Below are positions 1 through 14,179 of a stretch of 64,000 nucleotides of DNA, piece by piece. The first letter of the stretch is position 1. Every line of letters starts with the position of its first letter. The DNA is from the human T2T-CHM13v2.0 reference genome, Homo sapiens: NCBI RefSeq assembly GCF_009914755.1, contig NC_060931.1; one strand, given 5' to 3'. The position numbers were made by a program, and so were the translations under genes. The notes below the pieces were generated by a model, which saw only the letters and a list, made by a program, of their open reading frames with translations, searched no databases and was not told the DNA's origin.

Positions 1-308
1 CAAAAGGAGTTCAGAGCATGATTCTTTGCTTTCTTCCAGATGAACAGGAGCACATCTCTCTGACTTTTAATGTTCTTCCAGTATTCTACAAAGGAAGAAA
101 AGAAATACTCACAGACACACACACACACAATCCCAGGAGTGACTCTGTCTTCACTATTTGCCTTATAACATAATCTAAGCTACAGAGCAATTATACTTTC
201 ATATCTACAGATTCTGCCCACACTCAATGAGATAATATTAATTCAAGGTGTATGTTTATACCAAGTAGTAAGAATCTGAGAGATCATCTTGGAATATTGT
301 TTACAACA
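1..308 (-). mobile_element. Degraded MLT1-type MaLR LTR fragment (contains a CA microsatellite at ~111-129)
   Basis: ctgcccacactcaa...gatcatcttggaatattgtttacaaca resembles the reverse-complemented 5' end of old MLT1 LTRs. Confidence 0.4.
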
Positions 309-2061
309 GAAAACTTTTAACCTATTGGGCTTTAAATAGAAAGTTTCAGTCCAGGAACAAAATAATTTATTTCATTATTTCCAAACATATTTCTTTGTAG
401 AAATGAATGATATTACTAACATCTTATGGCATTTATTGAGATCAATATTTATCTTCAAGTTGATAGTCAGTATTTATAGCCCCTCACTCTAAAACCAGGT
501 ATAGAGGTCAAATAGTAAGTAAATGAATACAGAATTTTCTTGCACCCCTAGAAACAACTGTACTGAGAGTAATATTTTAAATATATATAGTTTTTTAATT
601 AACAAATTAAACTCTATATTCCAAATCAGGAGAAACATATGAAGGCAATTGTTGTATATTCCTTTAAAATATTCTTGTGTGTGTGTGTTTTGATTTCATT
701 TGTTGCTTGACACAATAAATGTATTTTCTGCAGAGGGTGACAGTGGCAATTGGGAGAGTTAATGTGGATCTTTCTCATTTGAGAATCATAGCAATAACAG
801 GTGCCTAAATTTCATGAAAAGACCTTAGGCTTAATGAGGTGTAGACAAATTCATCATGATCAGGTAATAAAAATCTTAACCTAAAAAATGTTTAAATCTT
901 ATATGGTTAGAGTTTGAAGTTACTGCTTAATTTTTCCTAATAAACTTTTAACAAGTTCTTATATTAATATATTCACATTTTAAGTAAAATGACACTTGGG
1001 TAATTTCCCAAGATTTACATTTTGAGGTCATATTTTCATAAAATAGTTGGCCAATAAAATAATAGAATTGCACTATTTTATCAATCATGATTTCAGAGTC
1101 ATCCCAAAAGAAACAAACTAAAATGTCTTTTAAAAACACAAGGATAGTATTATGAGAAATAGATTGCTTCAGCCTATGTACAGCAGATTTAATATTTAAC
1201 AATAATATGTAACCTTAATACTTAATAATTAAATAGAATTTTTGCAGTATTGCTTAATGTATGTATTATATAATGTGATATATTTGGATGAATAAAAACC
1301 TCTAATTTTGAATACAATTTTTTGCATTTATTTAAAACATTTTATTTCACCTGCAAAAAAGCATCGTCAAATGGCATATGCAAGTTTCACATTTCTTAAA
1401 AACAAGTAAATGGAAGAAATTTATTATTGAGATAGCAATAATTTGAGTAGATTTAGAATTCCTGGAAGTAAAACATTTCCCAGTTTCAAAATTACACAAA
1501 TAACAAACAAACAGCTACAACAGCAACAAAATGACTTGAGAAGAAAAACATAACCTGAGGCAAACTCTTCTATTTAAAGAGTAATAAAAAAGTACAATGA
1601 TAGCAGTTAAACATTTCAAAAGGGGCAGCAATGAGGAGAGACCAGTTATATATTGAAGGATTCTCTTGAGTATGCTGTTTATGAATATATATGTGCACTC
1701 ATTTGCATACACACACAGACACACATACACAAACACAATACATCTATTCTTCCTGGTCCCATTTTTGGTATGCCATTATCTGATATCAAAAATCAATGAA
1801 AATGTATGCAAATCTTTCTTGCAATCTTTAACAAAAAATAAATTTAAATCTTTTCTTGGCTGTTTCAATCTCTCATTCCTGGAACATGTCCCCAATCTTA
1901 CTTCTCTGTGCTACATTCAACAAACTATTCTTCCTCAAAGGAAAAAAAATACTTTTTTCTCTACCTGTTCCTCTGTGACCTATCATACCTGGTCTATTCT
2001 TTTTATTAAATTTCCCTTTCCAACTGTAAATCAGCATAAGAATTTTAGAATTATTCCATAA

Positions 2062-2434
2062 TTATTTTTCATTAATACATAATAGATCTACATATTTTAG
2101 GATACATGTGATAATTTGACCACTTCATATGATATGTAATGATGAAATAATGATAATTGGTATATTCATCACCTTAAACATTTATCTTTATGCTAGGAAC
2201 ATCTAAATAATTCTCCTCTAGCTGTTTAGCAATGTACAATACATTATTTAAACTGTAGTCACCCTACTGATCTATCAAATACTAAGTCTTATTTCTTCTA
2301 GATAGCTATTATTTGTATACATTACTCAAACTCTCTTTAGCTTCTTCTCCTTCTTATCTTTCCTGGCCTCTGGTAACTACCAATCTGTCTTCAAGGAATC
2401 CGCCTTCTTAGCTCCCAAATATGAGTTAGAATAT
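2062..2434 (-). mobile_element. L1MA-type 3' end (3'UTR and ORF2 tail); 3' segment of an apparently 5'-inverted L1
   Basis: Typical antisense L1MA motifs: aactgtagtcaccctactgatctatcaaatacta, ggcctctggtaactaccaatct, agctcccaaatatgagt. Confidence 0.85.
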
Positions 2435-2800
2435 CCTACCTGTAGCAATTAGGCAAGAGAAAAAAAGAGCCATACAAATTGGAAAGGAAGAAGAAAAATT
2501 ATTTTTGTTTGCTGATGACATGAACTTAGAAAAATCTAAATACTCCAGCAAACCAGAACTAATAATTCAGTAATGTGCAAAATATAAAATCAACTTACAA
2601 AAATCAGCAGCAGTTATTTGCCAATGGGGAACAGGCTGAAAAAGGAATAAGGAAAGCGATCCCATTTGCAATAGCTAAAAAATATAAAATACCTAGAAAT
2701 AAACTTAACTAAAGAGTAGAATGTCTCCATGAGGAAAACTACGAAACATGGATGAAAATAATTGAAGAGGGCACAAAAAAAGAAAAACATTCTATGCTCA
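2435..2800 (+). mobile_element. Old L1 (L1MA) ORF2 RT-region fragment, inverted relative to 2062-2434; continues at 4231-4313
   Basis: gcaattaggcaagagaaa, ttgtttgctgatgacatga (LFADDM), aaaatcaacttacaaaaatcag; ends at aaacattctatgctca. Confidence 0.85.
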
Positions 2801-4230
<1,430 letters not shown>

Positions 4231-4313
4231 CATTGAAAAAATGTAATATTGTTAAAACGTTAATGTTATGCAAAATGATTTACAGATTCAAAGCAATCCC
4301 TATCAAAATACCC
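4231..4313 (+). mobile_element. Continuation of the old L1MA ORF2 fragment interrupted at 2800
   Basis: aatattgttaaaa...tacagattcaaagcaatccctatcaaaatacc directly follows tatgctca in L1 consensus order. Confidence 0.85.
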
Positions 4314-4710
4314 TTCTTTTTCAGAATTATTTACTTGGCTGTTCAATTAAGGCATAAAAGTAGGGTGGCAGAATAAGATTTTTCAGAGTTCACTGAGCAA
4401 GAATGGAGGAGAAGCTGAGAGAAACCATTCAAGATTTTTATCTGATAGATGGAGAACATAATCCATCAAAACACCTCTTTGTATGAGTTTTTATCACATG
4501 ATTTGATATACCTTTTCTCATTATCATAGTAAATGTTCTTGAGTATACTGTATATTGTAAGGTAATATGTTTTTTATACTATAACACCTCCTAATCTCTC
4601 AACGGCACTAACATGTGTGAGGCACCTACAAAAGTGAGGACCCAACATAAAGACAGAAAAATATAAAGGTTTTTAACTAATAAAGAATAATTAAATTCTA
4701 TTGCTTTGTA

Positions 4711-5153
4711 TTTTTAATGAATAGTAATTATGTTTATGAGGTACAATATAGTTATACACTGTGAAATGATTAAATCAAGCTAATTAATCCATCACTTCAC
4801 TTACTTATAATTTTTTGTGGTGAGAACATTTACTATCCACCCTTTTAGCAATTTTGAAGTATGAAAGTATTATTAACTGTGGTCACCATGCTGTACAATA
4901 GATGACTAAATCTTATCCTGCTATTTAATGGAATGACCAACATCTCCCCTTTTTCACACCCTTCCACCAGCCTCTGGTAACCAGCATTGTACTCAAAATT
5001 TCTGTGAGTTTCACATTTTCAGATTTCACATATGGGTAAGATCATGAAATATTTGTCTTTCGGTTCCTGACTTATTTTACTTAGCATAATGTCTTCCAGG
5101 TTTATTCATGCTTTTGGAAAAGACAGAATGTCCTACTTTTGTAAGACTGTATA
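4711..5153 (-). mobile_element. L1MA8/9-like 3' end
   Basis: gaaatgattaaatcaagctaatta, ggtcaccatgctgtacaataga, cagcctctggtaacca, cttattttacttagcataatgtcttccagg. Confidence 0.85.
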
Positions 5154-5474
5154 AATTATATTATTTTGTATGCTAAAAGAGAGTTAAAGTCTTACTCACA
5201 TGTTGGCAACTAAATCAAGCAGAGGACAGATTTCTGTTTAACATGTACTTCCCTTCCCAGATTTCTGAAGTATAGAATTAAATGCAAATATTTTACTTTG
5301 CAGTGTTATAAGAACACAAGAAATGACTTTTGGAACTAAAATGTACCCATTCAGATACTGAGTTTCTGATAACATGACTGTCACGTGGGAGACAAGGCAA
5401 TTTATCTCCAAGAAGTTAAAGTTTAAACATACTTTCTAGAATATCTTTTGTTTATTTGTTTATATAAGATTTTT

Positions 5475-5580
5475 AGCACTTACCCTGTGCCAGGCACAGG
5501 GCCAAGTACCTTAAATAAATGAACTCATTTTATCCTCACTACAGCCCTATGAGCTTATCCACATTTTGCCAGGGGGAAAA
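5475..5580 (-). mobile_element. MIR fragment
   Basis: agcacttaccctgtgccaggcacagg...ctcattttatcctcactacagccctatgag. Confidence 0.65.
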
Positions 5581-6321
5581 ACAAACAAACAAACATGAAA
5601 AGCTACCATATGTAGTACTCTTAATTACTATTAAGTGAAATAACTATTTCAAAAGTATTTACTTGAAAAAACTAATATTATAAGAATCTTTCCATATTAA
5701 AATTTATCATTACAGTTTAATGATTTTTAAAAAGTTGATGTTTACATAATGACAGACATCAAACGCGCAGTTGGTCTTTTCTTCATATTCTTCCTTTCAT
5801 ATTCTCTTCCTCCCTCACCTTTTCTATACAAGGTCAACTGCCTTAAAATAAAGGTAGAAGTGGAGAATGGAAAGTCCAAACTAAAGAGATATATTACTTT
5901 CCTCTACTACAACTGCTTTTGTATGCCTTTGCCCTATGTCCATTTCATATATTTCTAATCTCATTTTGGTTCCTTCTCAAACAGACAAAACACTTTTTAA
6001 AAAATTTCAGTTATCTTATTCATGTACTCCCTAAAATAAATTTGAAAGTGTATATCAACATTTACATTTTAGTTGACTTCTGTAATTTTCCATTATTAAA
6101 GTTTAAAAGGTTACTAGTAAAGGCTTATAAGAATTAATGATATATCAAACATAAAATTACCACATATTTTCCAGGAAGCCTGGTGAGGAATTGAGGAAGT
6201 GCAGAAGGGAAAGGGAGTAAATAAGAAGAAGGGAGTGGGGTTAATGAATGAGTTACTGCTATGGACAATTGTAGCTCAGTTCTGCTGAAATTGCTCTTAA
6301 CGACTGAGTAGTATATATATT

Positions 6322-6679
6322 TGATATGGTTTTGCTGTGTTCCCACCCAAATCTCATCTTGAATTTCCACATATTGTGGGAGGTACCCAGCAGGGAGGTA
6401 ATTGAATCATGGGGGCAAGTCTCTCCTGTGCTGTTTTTGTGATAGTGAATACGTCTCATGAGATCTGATGATTTTATAAAGAAAAATTCCCCTGCACAAG
6501 CTCTCTCACTTTTCCTGCCACGATCCATGTAAGATATGACTTGCTCCTCCTTGCATTCCACCATGATTATGAGGTTCCCCCAACCATGCATAACTCTAAG
6601 TCCAATTACACCTCGTTCTTTTGTAAATTGACCAGTCTCGAGTATGTCTTTATCAGTGGTATGAAAACAGATTAGTAAA
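6322..6679 (+). mobile_element. THE1 (THE1A/B-type) MaLR solo LTR
   Basis: tgatatggttttgctgtgttcccacccaaatctcatcttgaa ... ccagtctcgagtatgtctttatcag...gattagtaaa; flanks ATATT/ATATA approximate a 5-bp TSD. Confidence 0.95.
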
Positions 6680-6721
6680 ATATAAGCATCTCATTAAAAG
6701 AAAATAACTATGGCTTATTTC

Positions 6722-6961
6722 TTCACCTCCATCCCTTATTGGTAGAGGATTTCTCCTGGAGGCAGCAATTTCAAGGCACTTCCTTCCCTGTCTTTCCAAA
6801 TTTGAGTTAAACAGGCTCCCATAGCCAGAGGAAACCCTAAGTTAGCAAGATGCAAGACTTCGGGCAAGATGCTGTCACTGTATGAGGGCCATGTCCACCA
6901 AACTGTACCCTGGGGTGGCCCAAGGGCCAAGAGCCAGATGCTAACAATGTCAAATTTAGCA
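6722..6961 (-). mobile_element. LTR16-like ERVL LTR fragment
   Basis: ctccatcccttattggtagagg...ggcacttcc...aggctccc...gaaaccct...tgtccacca...ccaaggg resembles the antisense LTR16 5' half (from memory). Confidence 0.45.
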
Positions 6962-8187
6962 TGTAATCCCCATGAAACTGTGATTAAGTGAGTTATTTTA
7001 TTTAATTATAAAAATCTAATTTCTAAATCAAAATTTTAGGATTCTGCCATAACCACAATTGTTATCAGATAGGAAAAATAAAACTTTAAACATATAATTA
7101 ATAATTACAAAAACAAAAAATATTATTACAAATGCATCTCCTTATTGAATAACTGTACCTTGTTTTTTAAGCTCATAACTCATGGCTGATTATGATATTC
7201 TTGCTAGAAAGAAGCAAGAGTCAGCATCATTCTTCAACTTCATAGAAGTAAGGAAGAATAAGTCTTCTATATGTGCACAAATAGATATGCATGAAGGGAG
7301 ATCTGTTGTATTAACACAATTAAACTAAACTTCTGTTGAGTTATAAAACAAAACTCACATATTGATATTAGCAAAGTTATTTTAATGAGCAGTTGATTGT
7401 TTTGTGTAGTTCTTTTTCAATTGTATTTAGATCAAATTACTGCAAATTACTCAGCTTACGAAATATGTATTATGTTTGCCCTAGAGTCATTAACAATCTT
7501 AATTTCTTACAATTATACTAAAGATGTGGTAATAATGGACTATTAATCCTTCTTGTTATTTATTCATTGAGGCAAATTGTTTAACTCAGTATAACCTTGA
7601 AATGACTTTCTAAAGAGAACAAATACTGAAAAAAGCAAATATTTCACTCATTGTATTTAGAAAAATTCAAGAGACTCAGAGAAGTATCCAAATGATTTAA
7701 ATCTAATTTAAATCAGCATTACCAAACTATATTTCTTTGGTTTTCAAATTTTATTTACAGATAATGACACATTCTAGAGATGATTACTGCAAATTGCAAA
7801 AAGGAATTGCTTACTTTTCAAAATGTGGACACTCGTATGTGGGTGTATACATGTATGTGCACATTCAGTATGTTTTATTGATGCTCTCTTTGCTTTGTTC
7901 TCACAGGCCTCTCTTTCTCAATGGATTTACATTTTGTATTCCAAATGAAAGATGTAAAGTCATTAAAAGAAAATCGTCATTGCATACACACTCCTATACT
8001 GCCAAATGTCTTATTTTAGAACAAGATCCTATTTCTATCTGCAGGCTTTACCCTCAGCAGACATATGTAAAACTGTGAAAAAAATAAAGACATTTTAGCT
8101 ATTCATTAAAAGAAGCATCACACGTTGAATTCTCTGTAGATTTTCCATGGGGCAATTTATCTGATAACAATTAGGGGTAGGTACATA

Positions 8188-8523
8188 TAATAATAGAAAA
8201 AAAATGACTCTACTTTTGCTGTTGGATTGCTAACTGACTTCAAGCTCCACCACTCCCTCTTCTCCTTTGCTTCACACCTGAACTAACTGGGGCCCCTTTT
8301 TTGATGCCCTCTCTTTTGGGACCGAAACAACACAAGTCCTAGCTCCCTTGCTTAAGAAACTCTAACCACAGTCAAAGCCAAGCTAGTCTCCCTTTCCTAC
8401 TCTCTCAAGTGAATTTTGGATCTGCTTGGGAGTTCGCCCCTCTGTCCACAGAAAGTCTTATGTTCTGAAAAAGTAAACTTTTCCTATCCTCGTTGTGAGT
8501 GTGTGACTCATTAGACTTGACAT
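8188..8523 (+). mobile_element. Old solo LTR, LTR47-like
   Basis: tgactctacttttgctgttggattgctaac...caagctccacc...tctctcaag...tgcttgggag...cagaaag...ttgacatc; family name from memory. Confidence 0.55.
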
Positions 8524-9094
8524 CTTTTGAGTTCTTCACGTCCCCAACATATTCTGTAATCATCATTCATAACCTTTTACAATAGAAGTAACAGTGATAA
8601 GACTATGTGGGACTGATAGTGTTTAAATTGACATGACAAGGGAAGTGATGTTTTGCCATGAAGATCCTTGGATACATCCCTGATGCCTGGGTGAGGTAAT
8701 TCACAGCATTGTACCTACACCCATTAAAGGAGTCATGACATAAAGACAGGTAAGTCATATTATTGCTGTTTCAAAAACAGAGAAGAGTATCACAAATGTG
8801 ACATTTTCTATTTGAATGTAATATAAAATCTAAACCTATAGCTTGGAATTCTATTAATCAAAAAGTGGCTTGATTAGTTCTATTTATCAAAATAGATGTT
8901 TTGAATATTTATCAAAATAATGTTTGATTTGTTCTATGTATCAAAAAGTTCAGATGGCTTATTTTAAGCATACTTCTTAACAAAACAAGGGAATTTTGAT
9001 TTCATTCTTGGATTCATCAAAGATACTGATCTTAATCAGAAATTTATATCAGGTGGAGAAAAAATACATCAGTGAATAGAAAAACTGAAGTCCT

Positions 9095-9180
9095 CCAGCT
9101 CATTGGATCTTTTGAGATGTCACTGAGGTCCTTTCCCCTTTCTGGACTACAGTTGTCTAATCTGTAAAATAAAGATTATA
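9095..9180 (+). mobile_element. MIR core fragment
   Basis: ccctttctggactacagttgtctaatctgtaaaataaagattata. Confidence 0.5.
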
Positions 9181-11214
9181 ATTTAACAGTCAGAATGACA
9201 CTTGATTATTCACTTCTTACCTAAAATATAAAGTTCTGTGATATGTTTGTAGACATGAGAGTTTGATGAACTTATGTAACCTAAATAACTACTTAGGGCA
9301 TTTGTGCTCCTGTGTGTTTTAGTGTGTGTGTCTGTAAATTATAAGCTTTCAGTCCACCAGACTAAAATTAGCATGCTGAATGCTATCTCATGACCTCAGG
9401 TTTCATAAAATTTCTAATACTGTCTAAGCTACTCTCTGTTAGAACATTTTTAATGATAATAATATCTATATTGGCTTTTGTAAATATATGTTTTAGAAAT
9501 GATTTGCATATGCCTCCTGTAATTTACATCATGACCGAGTTTTTCTCAAAGATATGAGAGACACCTGCCATTTTTATTCTACAAAAATTAAGTAACCTCT
9601 AATTCAGATTCTTTTATAACCTGGAAGCAAAGAAGAAGTCCTGTCTATGTGAATTTTGTTTGACACATTGGTTGAGTTTTTTAGTTCAGACAGCAATAGC
9701 TTAATTATATGAATAGAGAGCTCCACAAATTTCTAATGATTGCAATGATTACTTGTTCACTTTAAAATGGGACTAAATAGCTCTTATTCTATAGCTTTTA
9801 TCATGATCATCTTTTTTTGTACCTTTCCTACCTTTCAATGGATGTATTTTGCTTTAGAATATATTTCAGCTTATCCTTAAGGGTTCTTTCTGCCGTAATT
9901 AATTCCAAATACATTTTTCTTTCTTTTTGACAGAAGTACCTACCCCTAAGATTTAATGGGTCAGGCTGAGAACTGTTCTGGTTTTGGGGGATCATTGAGC
10001 TACATGATATCAGATATATGACATAGCCTTCTCTCATATGCCTTTTATTTATCATATAGGATATTAGAAGGGACAAGTTAATCTTACATTAAAAGGCTGG
10101 ACAAAAAGTAAAAGAATGTGTGATAGGGGGTCTAACCCCTGTTCATCCTGCAGTATTTTTCTCAGCAGTTTTAGGTGCTATAGCCCTGACTGAATTTGGC
10201 TTTGAATTTTTATCAGTCGTCTTTCATTTGGAGCAAAAGTACAGAATAATGCTTACAAAATAGCAAGAATAATACTTATTATTCTAATTATGGCAAATGT
10301 GTGGTATGTTAGGCAAGGTCTGATAATTTTGGATGAATTCTCATTTTTTAATTCTAAAAAAATCCTACAGGATAGTTTCCATTTTTTATAGGCTCACTTA
10401 GCACATCAGGAAAAATAAGCCCAGTTAGATCCTCCCATGGTGGCTGCAGTTACCCATATTACATCCAAATATCATTGTGTGCTTTACTGCTTTCCCATTA
10501 ATAAGGTCCCCCATAACCATTTGCATGGCCTCGTTTTGATGGCATGAGTACCTGGGTTCCATTTTCATAATACCATCAGGTGATAAGAAGATTGATAAGA
10601 ATGATCAATAGAGCAAAAATAGAAAAATTAGCTACTTTTGGAACTCTTAATTTCATTCTTTCCCAAACTCTCTTCCTGATCTTGTCATCTTCGTGATTTA
10701 TCTTCACTAATGAAAGCCTCAATGTATTTCCAAAAGAATGAGGAGTATGGGAGCAATTTTTGACTCAAAGTCTGTTCATCAAAAGTGCAATTAAGAAGCA
10801 ATCCTAGAGAATGCTTTTGTATTTCTTCCCAACTATTTAAATTGTAAAAACTTTGATTAACTCTTTCTCTTAGTATAATGTGGCGTTATATATAACTGCA
10901 TATTAGTTATTTAAAATATAAATATATATTTTTTTATTTTAAAGGTTTATATGTTGCATAATCACATATGCATTTGTATTTCTATCAAAATTTTCTAACT
11001 TTTTGCTTTCCAGTCCTATTTTTATTTAGAATGTGTAATTAAACAGCCTGTTTCATACAGAGGTTAAAGCCAAAAATTTTGTTTTCATGTAAGACCAGGA
11101 AGATACAAATGTACACACATATTTTTATAATAACAAAAATCATAAATGTGCTATTTTGTAAAAAAAAAAATCGAGAATACTAAAGTACTCATTGCCATGA
11201 AAGGGGTGGGTGAT

Positions 11215-11460
11215 ATAAAACAATGGTTAGAAGAACAGATTAGAAATCAGATTGTTTGAGCTTTATTTTTATTCCATCATTTACCAGCTATGTAATCTTC
11301 GAAAGGTTATCATCAGTGTTTTCCTTGCCTCCTGTAAAATGGGGAAATAATAATATCTCCTTCGTAATGGCTGCATGGAGATTTAAATAGATGATACACG
11401 GTAAGTCTCTAATTTACCGTGTATTATCTGACACATAATAAATATCTAAGGAATGTTAAC
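11215..11460 (+). mobile_element. MIR, near full length, with an internal inverted duplication
   Basis: catttaccagctatgtaatc, cctgtaaaatggggaaataataatatctcc, gatttaaatagatgata, acacataataaatatct. Confidence 0.8.
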
Positions 11461-11869
11461 TTTTACAATTTTTAAAATTTAAAATTTTTGAAATTGTCTT
11501 TGTTATTTTAAATTTTAAGCTTAAATGGAGTTGTAATTATTCAGGGTATATTTTAATCTTTAGTGTAATAACAAATCTGTAGTTAAATAAAGCAAGTATT
11601 GTAATAAAACAATTTTTTCCTAACATACGATTAAAAATCCTGAAACTTGTCAGTATTTCTATGCTTTGGATATGTGCATTATTATTGCATATCTCTTGGG
11701 TAGTAAATTTTTTCTCAGCTTAATTAAATGAAGCCATACTAAAGTTTCCTTCATTCACTGAATTTTCTCTTTAATGTTAAATAATAAAGGACCTTACCAA
11801 ATAGCTCTTATCGGAAGCAAAAGGGAAGGAAAGAAAAAGCAAATGCATGAAAGGATAAATGAAAGGAGA

Positions 11870-12300
11870 AAAGCTGTGCTTGGCCTGGCCTTGAGACTCT
11901 CTCTGGGAGAGAACTATCACGTGGTGTGAAGTTGGGACGTTGTTAGCAAACAGCACCTGGGACAGGGACGTTCTGTGCAACCTGGCAGGTGCTGTATGGC
12001 GGAGGTTGCTGTTTGCCATTTGCAGCTCTGTTGTCAGACATGACTGCAGAGCTGGCTTAATCTGGAATGTACTTCAAACCTGTGAGGTTCATAGGACTGC
12101 AATTATTACATTTGTATGGGCACAGAGAGACACTCAATTTTGCGTTTAATTATTTAAAAGGTCAAACCCTTAAGCCTCAATGCAGCAGCCAGGATCTTTG
12201 TAGTCGGTACTTTAAACAATCAGTCTCTCTTTCCAGAGATATTGTGCAATGAGTGTACAGGTGACAGGAAACAATGTGTATTAAATGTGGATCACCTCCT
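11870..12300. promoter_or_regulatory. Candidate enhancer or conserved non-coding element (unique, GC-elevated island)
   Basis: No repeat similarity recognised. E-boxes at 11918, 11954, 11986 and 12258; FOX-like GCAAACA/TGTTTGC; AAAGGTCA 12157; AACAAT 12215 and 12270; ATTGTGCAAT 12241. Confidence 0.35.
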
Positions 12301-12379
12301 CTTTCTCTTCTGATATAAATGTACTTCCCATCATAAAAACAAATATAAACATATCAAACCCATGTTACAATATCAGTTT

Positions 12380-12620
12380 TTTAAATTTTTAACTTGAAAT
12401 GATTTTAGAGTTATCAGAGTTAAAAATAAAACAAAAAGCTGCACTTTACCCTTCACCTAGCTTTTCCTCAGATTGATACCTTGAACAACTATATTATAAT
12501 TATCACAACTAAAAAAATCAAAATTGTTACCACACTATTAATTTCACTATAGGCTTTATGTAAATTTGACTGCTTTTTCCAGTTATATCATTTACAGTTA
12601 CAGGATCCAGTTTTTTATAG
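12380..12620 (-). mobile_element. Old L1M (L1MC/ME-type) 3' end
   Basis: ttgaaatgattttagagtt...tacccttcacctag...aactatattataattatcacaactaa...caggatccag. Confidence 0.6.
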
Positions 12621-13019
12621 CAATTTTCAGCCATCATTACCTTTTTTTAGTAAGCAGTTAATATTATATTTAAAAAATGAATATAGAATTCTACTATCAT
12701 TGAATTATATGGTATAAATATATGTATTTATTCCCCAGTTTATTTTCAAAAGCCCACTTATGGACTTTTATTCTGGAAGGCTCAGGAATTTTAAATGAGA
12801 GTAGATACCAAAATATTAAAAGTACTACAAAGTACATTTCAAATTAATTTCCTTAAAATATTGCTTTATACTATTTATTTTAATGGAAATAATTATATTG
12901 TGATTTAAGTAAATCATTCATAATAAATATTATATAAGGAAGGATAACTGTTTTCTTCCTTTTTCTTAGCCCTACTGACCCCAAATGAAACCACTGTTAA
13001 TATTTTTTTAAATGTTTTT

Positions 13020-13600
13020 AAAACAATAGAATATTTAGGATATTATTTTATCTTTGTACATTTCCTTCATTTCAATAATTTTAACAATGTGTACACAATC
13101 ATATCTGATACATTCTACTGAATGTTGAATATTCAATTTATGGGCACACTATGATTTATTTTACAGGTTATAAGTTGTTAACCATTTTTTATTATTTTTA
13201 TTTTTGTTAGAGCCATTAATTCTACTATGCTGGACTAGTCAAGAGGGCCCTTTAGATATTCTGTAGGGTGAATTCCTCAGAGGGGAACCTTTGGGAAAAT
13301 GATAGTCATATTTCATTTTAACAGCTATTGGCTAATTGCCCTTCAAAAACAATTCCAAAAAAAGTTAAAATGTGACCAAACGTGTATGAAAGTACCTATT
13401 TTCCACAGCCCTTCCAACAATGAGTACTATGTAAACTTCTAAAAAGTATATTTACCAATTAGGTTGTTGAATGAGAGAACATGGTTTTGTTTGATATAGT
13501 GTCTTAATTACGAGGTGAAACATCTTTTCAGATGCTTACTAGCCATTTCTGTTTCTTGACATAAAAACAGTTTTTTAACCTACTGATTTTTGCTACTCTA
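13020..13600 (-). mobile_element. Highly degraded L1ME fragment
   Basis: gctaattgcccttcaaaa, gtgtatgaaagtacctattttccacagcccttccaaca. Confidence 0.5.
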
Positions 13601-14179
13601 TTTTTTATTGATTTTCTAACATTACTGGACAAACTAACACCCGTTCTCATTTTCAGTGCTATTTTAACTATAATAATGCTTGTATTCAAGCACATCTCCA
13701 GAGACAGCACTCTAATTCCAGGCCTCCATATTACCTTATTTACTTAAAATTGTTGTTGTTGTTAAGCAATTTTGTCTTTATCTGTAACTTTTACAAATGT
13801 TGTCACAATTCCTAATGGTTTCAAAACACTGCAAAACTATACATGCTAAAGTTTTTTAGACTATCTGAAATACAGCACAAATTTGATCATTTGCTTCCCT
13901 AAAAAAATTATATATACAGACACACACATGCAGTGTTAAATTAGTAACACTTAACTCTTTATCTCATTAGTGCTGCATTGCCACCTCTGACTCCACCCCA
14001 AATATATTATTTCCATTTGATTTTATTTAGGGAATTTTCATGCAGAAGCATTTTGTTTTTGTTGTTATTTAAGGGTGTCAAAATTCTCAATTATTTTCTT
14101 TCAGGTTTCTGGATTTTTGGTCAGGCTCAAAAATTTTTTGAAAAGTAATTTTGATAGTTTGTGCATTTTTGTGCATGCG

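Noticed and set aside
1666-2061. 131-aa ORF and similar F/L/I/Y-rich ORFs (7737, 18926, 26603, 30055, 63103)
   Set aside because: Composition is typical of random AT-rich DNA, many start at non-ATG codons, I recognise no domain, and several run through microsatellites or Alus.
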